Shown here: positions 8,045 through 16,128 of the stretch, piece by piece
Layout: each line of letters starts with the position of its first letter
Numbering within the stretch: position 1 is the first letter of the stretch
Assembly: GCF_000021565.1 (NCBI RefSeq)
Contig: NC_012440.1
Coordinates: 1,858,373 to 1,890,372, forward strand
Source: Persephonella marina EX-H1
GTDB lineage: Bacteria; Aquificota; Aquificia; Aquificales; Hydrogenothermaceae
Length of the DNA: 32,000 nt
Reading direction: 5' to 3'
Notes under the pieces: generated by a model
Told to the model about the DNA's origin: nothing
What the model saw: only the letters and a program-made list of their open reading frames with translations
Databases searched by the model: none
Made by a program: the position numbers and the translations under genes

Positions 8045-9232
8045 CTATATTCTGTTGTATATGATTATTCTCTGTGTCACCTTTTTCAGGTAGTTTTTTG
8101 TTTCATCATAGGGGAGTTTTCTCATAAGCCTGTCGTAAACCTCAGATGGACTCATTCTGTTTATAACCTCTGCAGCTTTTTTTATGTTTGTTGTTCCTGT
8201 AAAAGCTCTCGCAACATTCCCTGCTCCAGTGTTGTAAGCTGCGATAGTGCAGTAAAGTCTGCTTAATGGATGTTTTATATCCTTAAGGTAGTTGTAGTAG
8301 AGTATGTAAATATACGTTGTACCAACCATAATATTTTTTTCCTCATCATAGAGATAAGAGGGAGCTAAAAGAACAGGCCTTCCGTATATAAGTTTTGTCG
8401 CATCTTTCCCTGCTGTTGAAGGAACTATCTGCATAAGACCGTAAGCAGGAACAGGAGATCTTGCAAGAGGATTGAATGAGCTTTCTGTGTGAATGATAGC
8501 AAAAACAAGTGCGTGATTGAGTCTGTATCTTTCTGAATACCGGGTAACAACAGGTTTATACTCTTTTGCCTTCTTTATAAACCTTTTAGGTGGGAGTTTC
8601 ACCCTGAATGAGTAAACCTTTTCCCCTTTTATCTTTGATGGTTTTTCAACGACCCTTCCTGATCTGAGGAGAGAGACAACAGCCTTTGATATATCCTCAG
8701 GTCTGGGCTCTTTTTTATCAACAACCACATTCAGAAGAATAGGTTTTGGTCTTACCTTTCCTTTTTTTATATGTTTTGCCTTTTCAGTTATCCTTTTCTC
8801 AATTCTCTGTGAAAGCTTATCTCTTTCAAAAGCCTTTTTAGTATCCTCAGTTATAAGATCCATAAGGATTCTTGCAAGATCCTTTTTTGAAGGCTTTTTA
8901 ACATCCCTTATCTCAACCTTTATCTCCCCCTTCTCAAAATCAACAGCCTTTTTTACCCTGTAATCATCAGAGTACTCAACCCATTTCTTCTTCGTTGATA
9001 TCTCAGCCTCTTTCCAGTACTGTGATATCTCTTTTTTGTATCTCTCAAACTCCTCATATGTTATCCTCTTGTACTCCTCAAACTCCTTCATAACCTCTTT
9101 GTAGTACTGCTCATACTCTTTAAGCTCCTTTTCTTTAAACTGCTGAAACTCATTGAGATACTGCTGGTAATCATCTTCAGCGTATGAAAAGAAAATAAAT
9201 CCAGAAATTATCAAAACCAGTAATCCCCTCAT
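8045..9232 (-). CDS. Membrane-bound lytic murein transglycosylase, MltC-like, with E/K/Y-rich coiled-coil N-terminal region
   Basis: Signal peptide. C-terminal SLT block AIIHTESSFNPLARSPVPAYGLMQIVPSTAGKDA ... AAYNTGAGNV, as in MltC-type enzymes. Last gene of the minus-strand cluster. Confidence 0.85.
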   Translation of the reverse strand: MRGLLVLIISGFIFFSYAEDDYQQYLNEFQQFKEKELKEYEQYYKEVMKEFEEYKRITYEEFERYKKEISQYWKEAEISTKKKWVEYSDDYRVKKAVDFEKGEIKVEIRDVKKPSKKDLARILMDLITEDTKKAFERDKLSQRIEKRITEKAKHIKKGKVRPKPILLNVVVDKKEPRPEDISKAVVSLLRSGRVVEKPSKIKGEKVYSFRVKLPPKRFIKKAKEYKPVVTRYSERYRLNHALVFAIIHTESSFNPLARSPVPAYGLMQIVPSTAGKDATKLIYGRPVLLAPSYLYDEEKNIMVGTTYIYILYYNYLKDIKHPLSRLYCTIAAYNTGAGNVARAFTGTTNIKKAAEVINRMSPSEVYDRLMRKLPYDETKNYLKKVTQRIIIYNRI

Positions 9233-9243
9233 CTTAATCCCCC

Positions 9244-9639
9244 TTATTCAGTACACATAAGAACGAAAAACTCCCTTGATCCTTCGTCATAGTAACTGTC
9301 TATTATCTTTGCCTTTATCACCCTCCCTGATGTTGTCTGAACTGTGTAAAGCTGTAGTCCTGATACAGTTCCTCCCCTTGTTCCCCTTAAAAAATGCTCA
9401 ACAGAGGAATCAACCCTTACCCCCATCTGTCTTGCTATCTCATCTATAGCCCTTGCAATAGCTGTTGCCCTCTGGTACGCAAAACCTCTAACATGCATGG
9501 CCGAATACCCAACACCGCATATCTTACCTTTCTGATAGTATGACTTGTATATCCATTCTGGTTTTTCACTGCTCTCCTTTGATGGTAATGAACAGGAAGA
9601 GACAATAATTAAAAGAATAAGAATAAAAGTTCTTCTCAT
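9244..9639 (-). CDS. LPP20/FlgP-like lipoprotein (131 aa)
   Basis: Lipoprotein-type N-terminus (LLIIVSSC). PEWI motif, helix QRATAIARAIDEIARQMG and C-terminal FFVLMC strand. Same architecture as the two other paralogs in this window and as Helicobacter Lpp20. Confidence 0.6.
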   Translation of the reverse strand: MRRTFILILLIIVSSCSLPSKESSEKPEWIYKSYYQKGKICGVGYSAMHVRGFAYQRATAIARAIDEIARQMGVRVDSSVEHFLRGTRGGTVSGLQLYTVQTTSGRVIKAKIIDSYYDEGSREFFVLMCTE

Positions 9640-9652
9640 CCTATTATCCTTA

Positions 9653-9674
9653 AAGGGTGCAAAGAAGCACCCTT
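9653..9674. other. Intercistronic GC-rich hairpin between the two LPP20-like genes
   Basis: AAGGGTGC-AAAGAA-GCACCCTT (8-bp stem). T5 follows it on the plus strand. On the coding (minus) strand only TTT follows, then the SD of the next gene. Confidence 0.4.
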
Positions 9675-9679
9675 TTTAT

Positions 9680-10267
9680 CTACTGGCTTTCTAACTTCTG
9701 TATCTCTCTCTCAAGCTCCTCATACGCTTTTTTAGCCTGGAACTGTTGCCATAGGGCTCTTTCATTTTTAAAGCTTGAAAGTGTAGCCTGTCTGACAGCC
9801 TCTTTTACAGCTCCTGGATCAAGAACAACAAGAACGTAAAGTTCACCACTTGGTGAGATCCACATATCCTTCTGTTTTGTTCCTTGTAACACCTGACTTG
9901 TAACCTGTTTTGAGACCTGTGCTGAAACCTTATCAACCGTTGTCTGGTCTCCTATTCCTGTAGTCTGTGTAAAGTTCTTTATCATATTTTTAACCTTTAT
10001 TGATAGCATTCTCGCAAGCTCATCACGGGCATTTGCAAGGGCTTCAGTTCTTGCAAACTGTATACCTGCAGGTCCTATTTTTGCCGATCCAACGGCTGCA
10101 AGACCTCCCTCAACTTCAGGATTTAAAACCCATTTTGGTGCATTTGCAAACTCTTTCTTCCACTGTTCAGCCTGAACCTGCTCAACCTTTTTCTCCTTCT
10201 TTCCACAGGATGTTGTCATTAATGGGATTAAAGCAACAATAGATAAAAGAAGTATAAGTTTTCTCAT
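9680..10267 (-). CDS. LPP20/FlgP-like lipoprotein (195 aa)
   Basis: Lipobox-like LMTTSC, a K/E-rich linker, APKWV motif, ARTEALANARDELARML helix and C-terminal ELYVLVVLD. Closely parallels the Lpp20 layout (APDWV ... KARANLAANL ... VFVLVGLD). Confidence 0.7.
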   Translation of the reverse strand: MRKLILLLSIVALIPLMTTSCGKKEKKVEQVQAEQWKKEFANAPKWVLNPEVEGGLAAVGSAKIGPAGIQFARTEALANARDELARMLSIKVKNMIKNFTQTTGIGDQTTVDKVSAQVSKQVTSQVLQGTKQKDMWISPSGELYVLVVLDPGAVKEAVRQATLSSFKNERALWQQFQAKKAYEELEREIQKLESQ

Positions 10268-10303
10268 TTCTAAAACCCTCCTTGTCTGTTCTTTATAATT
10301 AAT

Positions 10304-12178
10304 TTATTTCTTTACAACTATCCTTGTTGGTGAAAAATACCCGACTGTGTAACCGAGTATACTTTCAAGGGCATTTGCTAAATAAACAGGGTTTTCAAGA
10401 TACTCAACCCTAAACTTCCCTTTTCCTATATCTTCAACTGATTTAACCCATGGGAGCTTCTGTATCTCCGACTTTATCTCAAAGTTCTCAGATACAGATT
10501 TTATTCCCTCAAACTGAACTGTTACAACCTTTCTCTTAGACGCAAGATATCTGTCTATCTTTTTGAGAATATCATCAGCTAAAACCTGTGAGAGCGATTC
10601 CATAGCTCTGTTTTCAGCTTCCTCAATATTTGGGGCTGTTCCCTTAGCTTTTACAGATCCTGAAGCGAGTATTCTTACCTTTCCTTTATCTTTGACAAGG
10701 AGATAGTACTGGGCCTGTGCAAGAACAACGTTGAAAGCAGATTTTATCCCGTAACCTATATCCTGTCCACCTTTAGTTTTAGGTATGAATTTTATCTTTC
10801 CTATTATTGTTGCTCCTGCAAGATTCCTTGAGAAAAGATTTCTTAAAGTTATAAACCTTTTCTGTGATATAGCCTTTTCTACCTTATAAGGATCTATATT
10901 TGGATCCCCTGCAAAATCATAAACCTCAAATCCCTGCTCATTGAGTATATTTATCAGGTTTGTTGTAACAGGGTTCATCTCATCAAGCTCAACAGATCTA
11001 TCTTTCTGAACTATTAAAAGAACATTAAAGGCTGTATTTCTTGACAATAAACTTAAAGCCTTTTCTGCCTCTCTTGGATAAACACATCCTTCTATGGTTA
11101 TCTGGACAGCATCACCAAAGTTCTTCTCATCAATTATCTTTACATCCCTTATAAAACCTTTAACATCCTTCAGTATGATCTCATCAAGCATCTTGAAGTT
11201 CTCAAGAACTGATTTCACCTGAATATCAGTTCCTAATGCCTTTTCAAGAGCATCCCATTTTGCCCTTGCAAACGCTTCCATCTTTGCAGAGCTGTAATCT
11301 CTTATGATTGCAGCTTCTCCAACACCTACAGATTTTATACATCTCACAGGTTTGGAAGGTTTCTTTTCAACTTTTTTTACAGGCTCTTTTACTACCCTCT
11401 GAACCTCTCTTTTTTCTTCAACAACTGGTTTTTCGGCCTTTTTCTCCTGTATTACTACCGGTTTTCTCTCCTCACCTGTATAGGCAGAGATTTTTATATT
11501 ACCGATTAGAGCTGGATTCTCCTCATATGGGACATCTGTACCGAACATTTTATAAAATAAGATGCCAAACCCTGCAGGTTTTACCTGAAATCTTACAGGT
11601 TTCTTAGCAGCCCTCTTTCCATCTATAAATACAGTTATCCTTCCACCTTTTACAGAGATCTGTACTCTGTGTATCTGACCTTCCTCTACAGATCTTTTAA
11701 ACATCCCGTATATCTTGTGGTGTTCAACAGGTGTTTCAGAGAAACCAAAATCAACCTCATCTATGCTTCCAAGAACTCCAAGGAGTATGCCAGCATCATA
11801 TGTGTAAAGTTCCTTTTTCTTTATCCTCTCTTCCTGAGAGGGTGAGTAAAGGGCAAACTTAACGTAAGGTTTTCCCTCCTTAAATGCGTAATAATCAAAC
11901 TCAATTGAAAACTCATCTGGAAATTTTTCCGATCTGTAAAGGAACGTTCCAGCCTCTAAAGGTCTTATCCATCTAACACCTTTATAATCTACACAGTCGT
12001 AGCTTTTGAATATTATCTGAAAATCAGGTGAGACATCACCAACAGGACAGTTTGATCCATCAAACTGGTATATAACCTTACTTCCGGGAATAAAACTTTC
12101 AGAAACTCCAAAAGGAGACTGGGCGTAAGCCCAGCTTATTATCAAAAGAAATAATCCAAATAAACCCCTCATCTTCAC
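10304..12178 (-). CDS. Secreted 624-aa multidomain protein: N-terminal beta-sandwich-like domain, K/E/P/V-rich linker, C-terminal LPP20/FlgT-like and CsgG/TolB-N-like modules
   Basis: Signal peptide MKMRGLFGLFLLIISWAYA-Q. Residues 20-233 are beta-rich (IHRVQISVKGGRITVFIDGKRAAK). The low-complexity linker spans residues 234-278. Residues 281-366 resemble the LPP20 helix-strand pattern (SSAKMEAFARAKWDALEKALG). Residues 383-545 resemble the CsgG/TolB-N alpha/beta pattern (FNVLLIVQ..., LAGATIIGKIKF, IEEAENRAMESLSQVLADDILKKI). The CDS call is solid. The domain calls are inference. Confidence 0.8.
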   Translation of the reverse strand: MKMRGLFGLFLLIISWAYAQSPFGVSESFIPGSKVIYQFDGSNCPVGDVSPDFQIIFKSYDCVDYKGVRWIRPLEAGTFLYRSEKFPDEFSIEFDYYAFKEGKPYVKFALYSPSQEERIKKKELYTYDAGILLGVLGSIDEVDFGFSETPVEHHKIYGMFKRSVEEGQIHRVQISVKGGRITVFIDGKRAAKKPVRFQVKPAGFGILFYKMFGTDVPYEENPALIGNIKISAYTGEERKPVVIQEKKAEKPVVEEKREVQRVVKEPVKKVEKKPSKPVRCIKSVGVGEAAIIRDYSSAKMEAFARAKWDALEKALGTDIQVKSVLENFKMLDEIILKDVKGFIRDVKIIDEKNFGDAVQITIEGCVYPREAEKALSLLSRNTAFNVLLIVQKDRSVELDEMNPVTTNLINILNEQGFEVYDFAGDPNIDPYKVEKAISQKRFITLRNLFSRNLAGATIIGKIKFIPKTKGGQDIGYGIKSAFNVVLAQAQYYLLVKDKGKVRILASGSVKAKGTAPNIEEAENRAMESLSQVLADDILKKIDRYLASKRKVVTVQFEGIKSVSENFEIKSEIQKLPWVKSVEDIGKGKFRVEYLENPVYLANALESILGYTVGYFSPTRIVVKK

Positions 12179-12187
12179 CCTCTCTTA

Positions 12188-13387
12188 TTAAAATAGGCCC
12201 TCTTTCATCGGTTTTCTCTCAACAAGCTGTCCAACTCTAACTCTCATTATCTGTTTCTCATCCCCTTTAACAACCGTCCAGGCCTTGTTCTCCTGTATCT
12301 GATTTGTAACCTCAAGTGTCACAGGGAGCTTCACCATATCACACTCTTCTGTTTTCTTGAAAGGATCAACAACAACCTGGAATGTGTAAACATAAAACTC
12401 CTGACCGGGCTGAACACCTGCCTTTGATCCAACATTTATAAGAGCGTATCTTGATTTTTTATCAGGTGCTGTTCTTGTCTGGATTATATATCCTCTGACC
12501 TTGAAGTATTTTGAGAGATCCTCTTTAGCCTCGGCTATAGCATTCATAGCAGCCTTTTTTATACCACCTATGATCGCATCAAATGTTAGCTGTGGTGTTT
12601 TTCCAAGAACTTCCCTTCCTGAGATATTCTTCGCAAGAACAACCTCTCCGGTCTCTACATCTATTATCTTTATTGTTAGATCTGTAGAAAGATTCCATCC
12701 TTCCTGTGTTTCTATGGCAGCAGCTGCTATAGCTCCAACAAGACCAAGATGCTGAGAGAGACCTTTTTTAGCATACTCAGCGGATATCCATTTAAGATTA
12801 ACGTTGTTCACAGAACCTGTGATTATGTACTTAACACCTGCAAGTTTTCCAAGCTGAACGAGCGTGTTAACATCTGTAAGTCCTGACTGCTGAAACTGCT
12901 GTTCCTGCATAACCTTTTGGAGATCTCTCCTTGTGTAAACCTTTGCTCCACCCATCTCAACAAGCTGAGCTGTAACACCCTCTGCAACACTCTCTCCAAG
13001 TCTTGCATTAACATCCCTTGTTACCATCTCAAGCTGTTTCTGATAATCTCCCGCTGTCGCCTCACCGTAAACAATACCTACAGCTCCTGGAGCAACACCA
13101 ACACCTGCTGCTCCGACTGTAGCTTCTTTGTACTGACCGGTCTCCTGAGATTGTAAAACCTTTGCAGCATCAAAGGTTGTATTGTTTGTAAAATCAACAA
13201 CCGCAACCCTTGGAATAGCCATCTCATAAGCTGTTTTACATGCCTCAGGAATTTCTTCAACTTTCCTGTCAAGGGGTGTTATATCGTAGGCTGTTGGGTC
13301 TACCTCCTTAACCCCTCCTACACAGGAAAATAGAAATGAAGCCATAAAGACAGATGCACAAAAAACGGCAGCCTTTCGGATTCTCAT
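12188..13387 (-). CDS. CsgG-family (curli-transport-like / FlgO-like) lipoprotein with C-terminal beta-domain extension
   Basis: Lipobox FLFSC. Blocks collinear with E. coli CsgG: RVAVVDFTNNT, VAEGVTAQLVEMGGAKVYTRRDLQKVMQEQQF, LAGVKYIITGSVNNV, LTIKIIDVETGEVVLAK. An extra C-terminal region of about 100 aa (RYALINVGSKAGVQPGQEFYVY) is present. Confidence 0.75.
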   Translation of the reverse strand: MRIRKAAVFCASVFMASFLFSCVGGVKEVDPTAYDITPLDRKVEEIPEACKTAYEMAIPRVAVVDFTNNTTFDAAKVLQSQETGQYKEATVGAAGVGVAPGAVGIVYGEATAGDYQKQLEMVTRDVNARLGESVAEGVTAQLVEMGGAKVYTRRDLQKVMQEQQFQQSGLTDVNTLVQLGKLAGVKYIITGSVNNVNLKWISAEYAKKGLSQHLGLVGAIAAAAIETQEGWNLSTDLTIKIIDVETGEVVLAKNISGREVLGKTPQLTFDAIIGGIKKAAMNAIAEAKEDLSKYFKVRGYIIQTRTAPDKKSRYALINVGSKAGVQPGQEFYVYTFQVVVDPFKKTEECDMVKLPVTLEVTNQIQENKAWTVVKGDEKQIMRVRVGQLVERKPMKEGLF

Positions 13388-13519
13388 ATCTGCTCCTCCC
13401 AGATTGATCTGTTATTAAATCATCATATTTTTATATTATGTTATTATGAATGAAAGATAGTACACATTTATAATTATAAGTGAATTAATATTATAGTAAA
13501 TACCTGGGAGGAAAATGTA

Positions 13520-14149
13520 ATGGGAAAATTACCTGTATATACATTAATGATTTTATCATTGATCTTTTTCTCAATCTCATGTGGAGGTAAAAAAACTGTA
13601 AAGCAGAGTCCTTACGAAGTTCAGCAGGAAAAGGCAAGAAAAGCCTTTGAAGAACTTGAAGAGGAGTCTGAAAAACCTGTTGAACAGCTGAAACTACCTC
13701 TTGAAGACCAGAAAAAACCTGAAAAAAAAGCTGTAAAAAAGAAGCCTGAGGTAACAAAAAGAGAGGTAAAGATAGCAAAAAGAGAGATTAAAACAAAATA
13801 CCCTTTAAAAAACGGCTATCCTGTATGGGTTTATAATCCAAACTATGATGGATATCTTGGAGCTGTGGGTATAGCAAAAAAAACCAGAGGAGGGTATCCT
13901 CAGCAGAAGAGAACAGCTGTAGCTATAGCACAGGCAAATCTTGCAAAACAGATAAAGATACTGGTAAATGCTGAAGTAACTACAGAAAAGATAAATGTTG
14001 ATACAAGAACTCTCCAGTACTACAGGTCAAAGATAAGATCTCTTTCCAAACAGGAAGCCCAGGCGTACCTCAGAAATACAAAGGTTATGGATGAATGGAT
14101 AGATCCTAAAACAGGAGATCTTTATGTCTGGGTTGTCCTTGAAAAATAG
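13520..14149 (+). CDS. LPP20/FlgP-like lipoprotein (209 aa) with long K/E/P-rich linker
   Basis: GGGAGG lies 8 nt upstream. N-terminus LIFFSISCGG. The linker spans roughly residues 25-95. YPVWVYNP motif, KRTAVAIAQANLAKQIK helix and C-terminal DLYVWVVLEK. Confidence 0.65.
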   Translation: MGKLPVYTLMILSLIFFSISCGGKKTVKQSPYEVQQEKARKAFEELEEESEKPVEQLKLPLEDQKKPEKKAVKKKPEVTKREVKIAKREIKTKYPLKNGYPVWVYNPNYDGYLGAVGIAKKTRGGYPQQKRTAVAIAQANLAKQIKILVNAEVTTEKINVDTRTLQYYRSKIRSLSKQEAQAYLRNTKVMDEWIDPKTGDLYVWVVLEK

Positions 14150-14583
14150 GACCTGATATTTTCAAATATCTCGTCCTGCAGACTGAACATAACCTGTGCT
14201 TCTTTTTCTGATCTCTCATGATCGTAGCCTAAAAGATGAAGTATACCGTGTATGAGAAGTCTGATTATCTCCTCCCTGTAAGGTAAACCTATCTCTTCAG
14301 CCTGCTTTTTAGCGTATGGGAGGGAGATAACAACATCTCCCAGTATCCTGTACCTGTACTTAGGAGGCTTCTCATCTATAGGGAAAGAGAGAACATCTGT
14401 AGGTTTATCTTTCCCCCTCCACTGCCTGTTAATCTCTTTTATAGTGCTATCGTCTGTAAGAGTTATACTTATCTCTACATTATCAATATTAAGGTGTTCT
14501 AATATCTTTTCAACAGCCTCTTTAACAAACTTTTTAGTTATACTTCTGTCTCCCAGCTCTTTATTTATAAGTATCCTGTTCAT
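14122..14583 (-). CDS. ybeY: rRNA maturation endoribonuclease YbeY
   Basis: 153 aa with the zinc motif HGILHLLGYDHE. Follows phoH-like, as in many bacteria. Confidence 0.93.
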   Translation of the reverse strand: MNRILINKELGDRSITKKFVKEAVEKILEHLNIDNVEISITLTDDSTIKEINRQWRGKDKPTDVLSFPIDEKPPKYRYRILGDVVISLPYAKKQAEEIGLPYREEIIRLLIHGILHLLGYDHERSEKEAQVMFSLQDEIFENIRSYFSRTTQT

Positions 14584-14586
14584 ATA

Positions 14587-15558
14587 TTATTCCTTTTCCT
14601 GTTCGTATCTGTCGTAAGCTTTTATAATTCTCTGGACAACCGGATGTCTCACAACATCCTTCTCTGAAAATCTTACAAAACCTATCCCCTGAACATCCTT
14701 TAAAACCTCAAGTGCCTCAACAAGACCTGACTGTGATACCTTTGGAAGGTCTATCTGTGTTATATCTCCCGTTATAACAGCCTTTGAACCAAACCCTATC
14801 CTTGTCAGGAACATCTTCATCTGTTCTTTTGTTGTGTTCTGTGCCTCATCAAGAATGATAAAAGCATCATTCAAGGTTCTCCCTCTCATAAATGCGAGAG
14901 GTGCTATCTCTATAATATTTTTCTCAAGCATATCGGCTATCTTACCAGCATCAACCATCTCATAAAGAGCATCATAAAGAGGTCTCAGATAAGGGTCCAC
15001 TTTCTCTGTTAATGTTCCCGGGAGAAATCCAAGCTTTTCTCCAGCCTCAACAGCAGGTCTTGTAAGTATAATTCTGTTAACCCTGTTCTGCTTGAGATAT
15101 GAGACAGCCATAGCCATTGCAAGGTAAGTTTTTCCTGTTCCGGCTGGACCTACACCAAATGTTATATCGTTCTTCTTTATAGTCTCAACGTAAAGCTTCT
15201 GTGTAGGCGTTTTTGCCATTATAGGCTTTTTTCTGTGTGTAAAAAGTATAGCCTCTCCTTCTTCTCTGTATGGCTTCTCCTTTATTTCAGACTCAGCCTT
15301 AAATCCTATAGCAAGATTTCTTACATCCTGAGGTGAAAGTATATGTCCTACCTCAAAGTATGATGATACCTTCTCTAAAAACTCCTCAAACCTGTCTAAA
15401 GCCTCCTGAGAACCTTCAGCTATAAGACTTGTTCCCCTAGCAAAGATATGTATACCGAATATCTCCTCAAAGAACTTTATATTCTCATCCTTGTTCCCAA
15501 CAACATTAAAAAATGCCTCTACCGGTATCTGTACTTCTAACTTTAAAATTTTTATCAA
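14587..15558 (-). CDS. ybeZ: PhoH-like ATPase (YbeZ family)
   Basis: Walker A GPAGTGKTYLAMA and Walker B IILDEAQN. Typical 320-aa PhoH layout. The track start is a TTG abutting AAGGAGG, so the exact start is uncertain. Confidence 0.9.
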   Translation of the reverse strand: MIKILKLEVQIPVEAFFNVVGNKDENIKFFEEIFGIHIFARGTSLIAEGSQEALDRFEEFLEKVSSYFEVGHILSPQDVRNLAIGFKAESEIKEKPYREEGEAILFTHRKKPIMAKTPTQKLYVETIKKNDITFGVGPAGTGKTYLAMAMAVSYLKQNRVNRIILTRPAVEAGEKLGFLPGTLTEKVDPYLRPLYDALYEMVDAGKIADMLEKNIIEIAPLAFMRGRTLNDAFIILDEAQNTTKEQMKMFLTRIGFGSKAVITGDITQIDLPKVSQSGLVEALEVLKDVQGIGFVRFSEKDVVRHPVVQRIIKAYDRYEQEKE

Positions 15559-15613
15559 CCTCCTTAAAGATTTTTACTGTGATAATTTATTCAAAAATCA
15601 ATAATTTCAAGTT

Positions 15614-16123
15614 TTAAAGACTGAACCACCCTTCAGGAAGATCTACAACAACCTTTCTTCCTTCTGTATCAACTTCCTTAACAAACTCTTTGATAAAAGG
15701 AAGATGTCTGACCTTATCATCAACACATTTTATTATCAGGTAGGCTGTTGGAAGTCTATCATCAACCTTTATTATCTTTCCTATAACCTTCCCATTAAAA
15801 ATAACATCCATATCAATAAGCTGGTACTCATAGAACTGATCCTTATCAAGCTCCGGAAGTTTATGACTCTCAACATAAAAGTATCTGTGTTTTATCTTTT
15901 TCGCCTTGTCTATATCGTCAAACCCTTTAAACCTGATAAGATTTTTCTTTTTTGAGAAATGTTCAATATAGAGTGGAACAAAATTTCCCTCTTTATCCTT
16001 TATGTAAATAACATCTGGAAGATCAAAGTTTGGTGGAAAGATCTCTATCTTAAGATCACCTCTAACGCCGTGAGTTCCGTGTATCTTTCCTGCTATTACA
16101 AAATCCTCCCTTTTCTCTCCCAT
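15614..16123 (-). CDS. rimM: 16S rRNA processing protein RimM
   Basis: 169 aa. N-terminal GKIHGTHGVRGDLKIE block and C-terminal PRC-barrel-like region. Confidence 0.9.
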   Translation of the reverse strand: MGEKREDFVIAGKIHGTHGVRGDLKIEIFPPNFDLPDVIYIKDKEGNFVPLYIEHFSKKKNLIRFKGFDDIDKAKKIKHRYFYVESHKLPELDKDQFYEYQLIDMDVIFNGKVIGKIIKVDDRLPTAYLIIKCVDDKVRHLPFIKEFVKEVDTEGRKVVVDLPEGWFSL

Positions 16124-16128
16124 CTTTT

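Noticed and set aside
9657-9839. 60-aa plus-strand ORF starting in the LPP20 intercistronic hairpin
   Set aside because: It overlaps the 195-aa LPP20-like gene in antisense and starts inside the hairpin. No SD. Spurious.
13515-13522. ATG-TAA start-stop minimal ORF overlapping the start of the 13520 gene (ATGTAATG)
   Set aside because: The GGGAGG SD is only 3 nt from the first ATG but 8 nt from the second. Most likely a chance overlap rather than a regulatory start-stop.
14122-14149. 28-nt convergent overlap of the ybeY 3' end with the LPP20-like gene 3' end
   Set aside because: Both ORFs are well supported to their stops. Short convergent overlaps fit the extreme compaction of this genome and are not evidence of a special mechanism.
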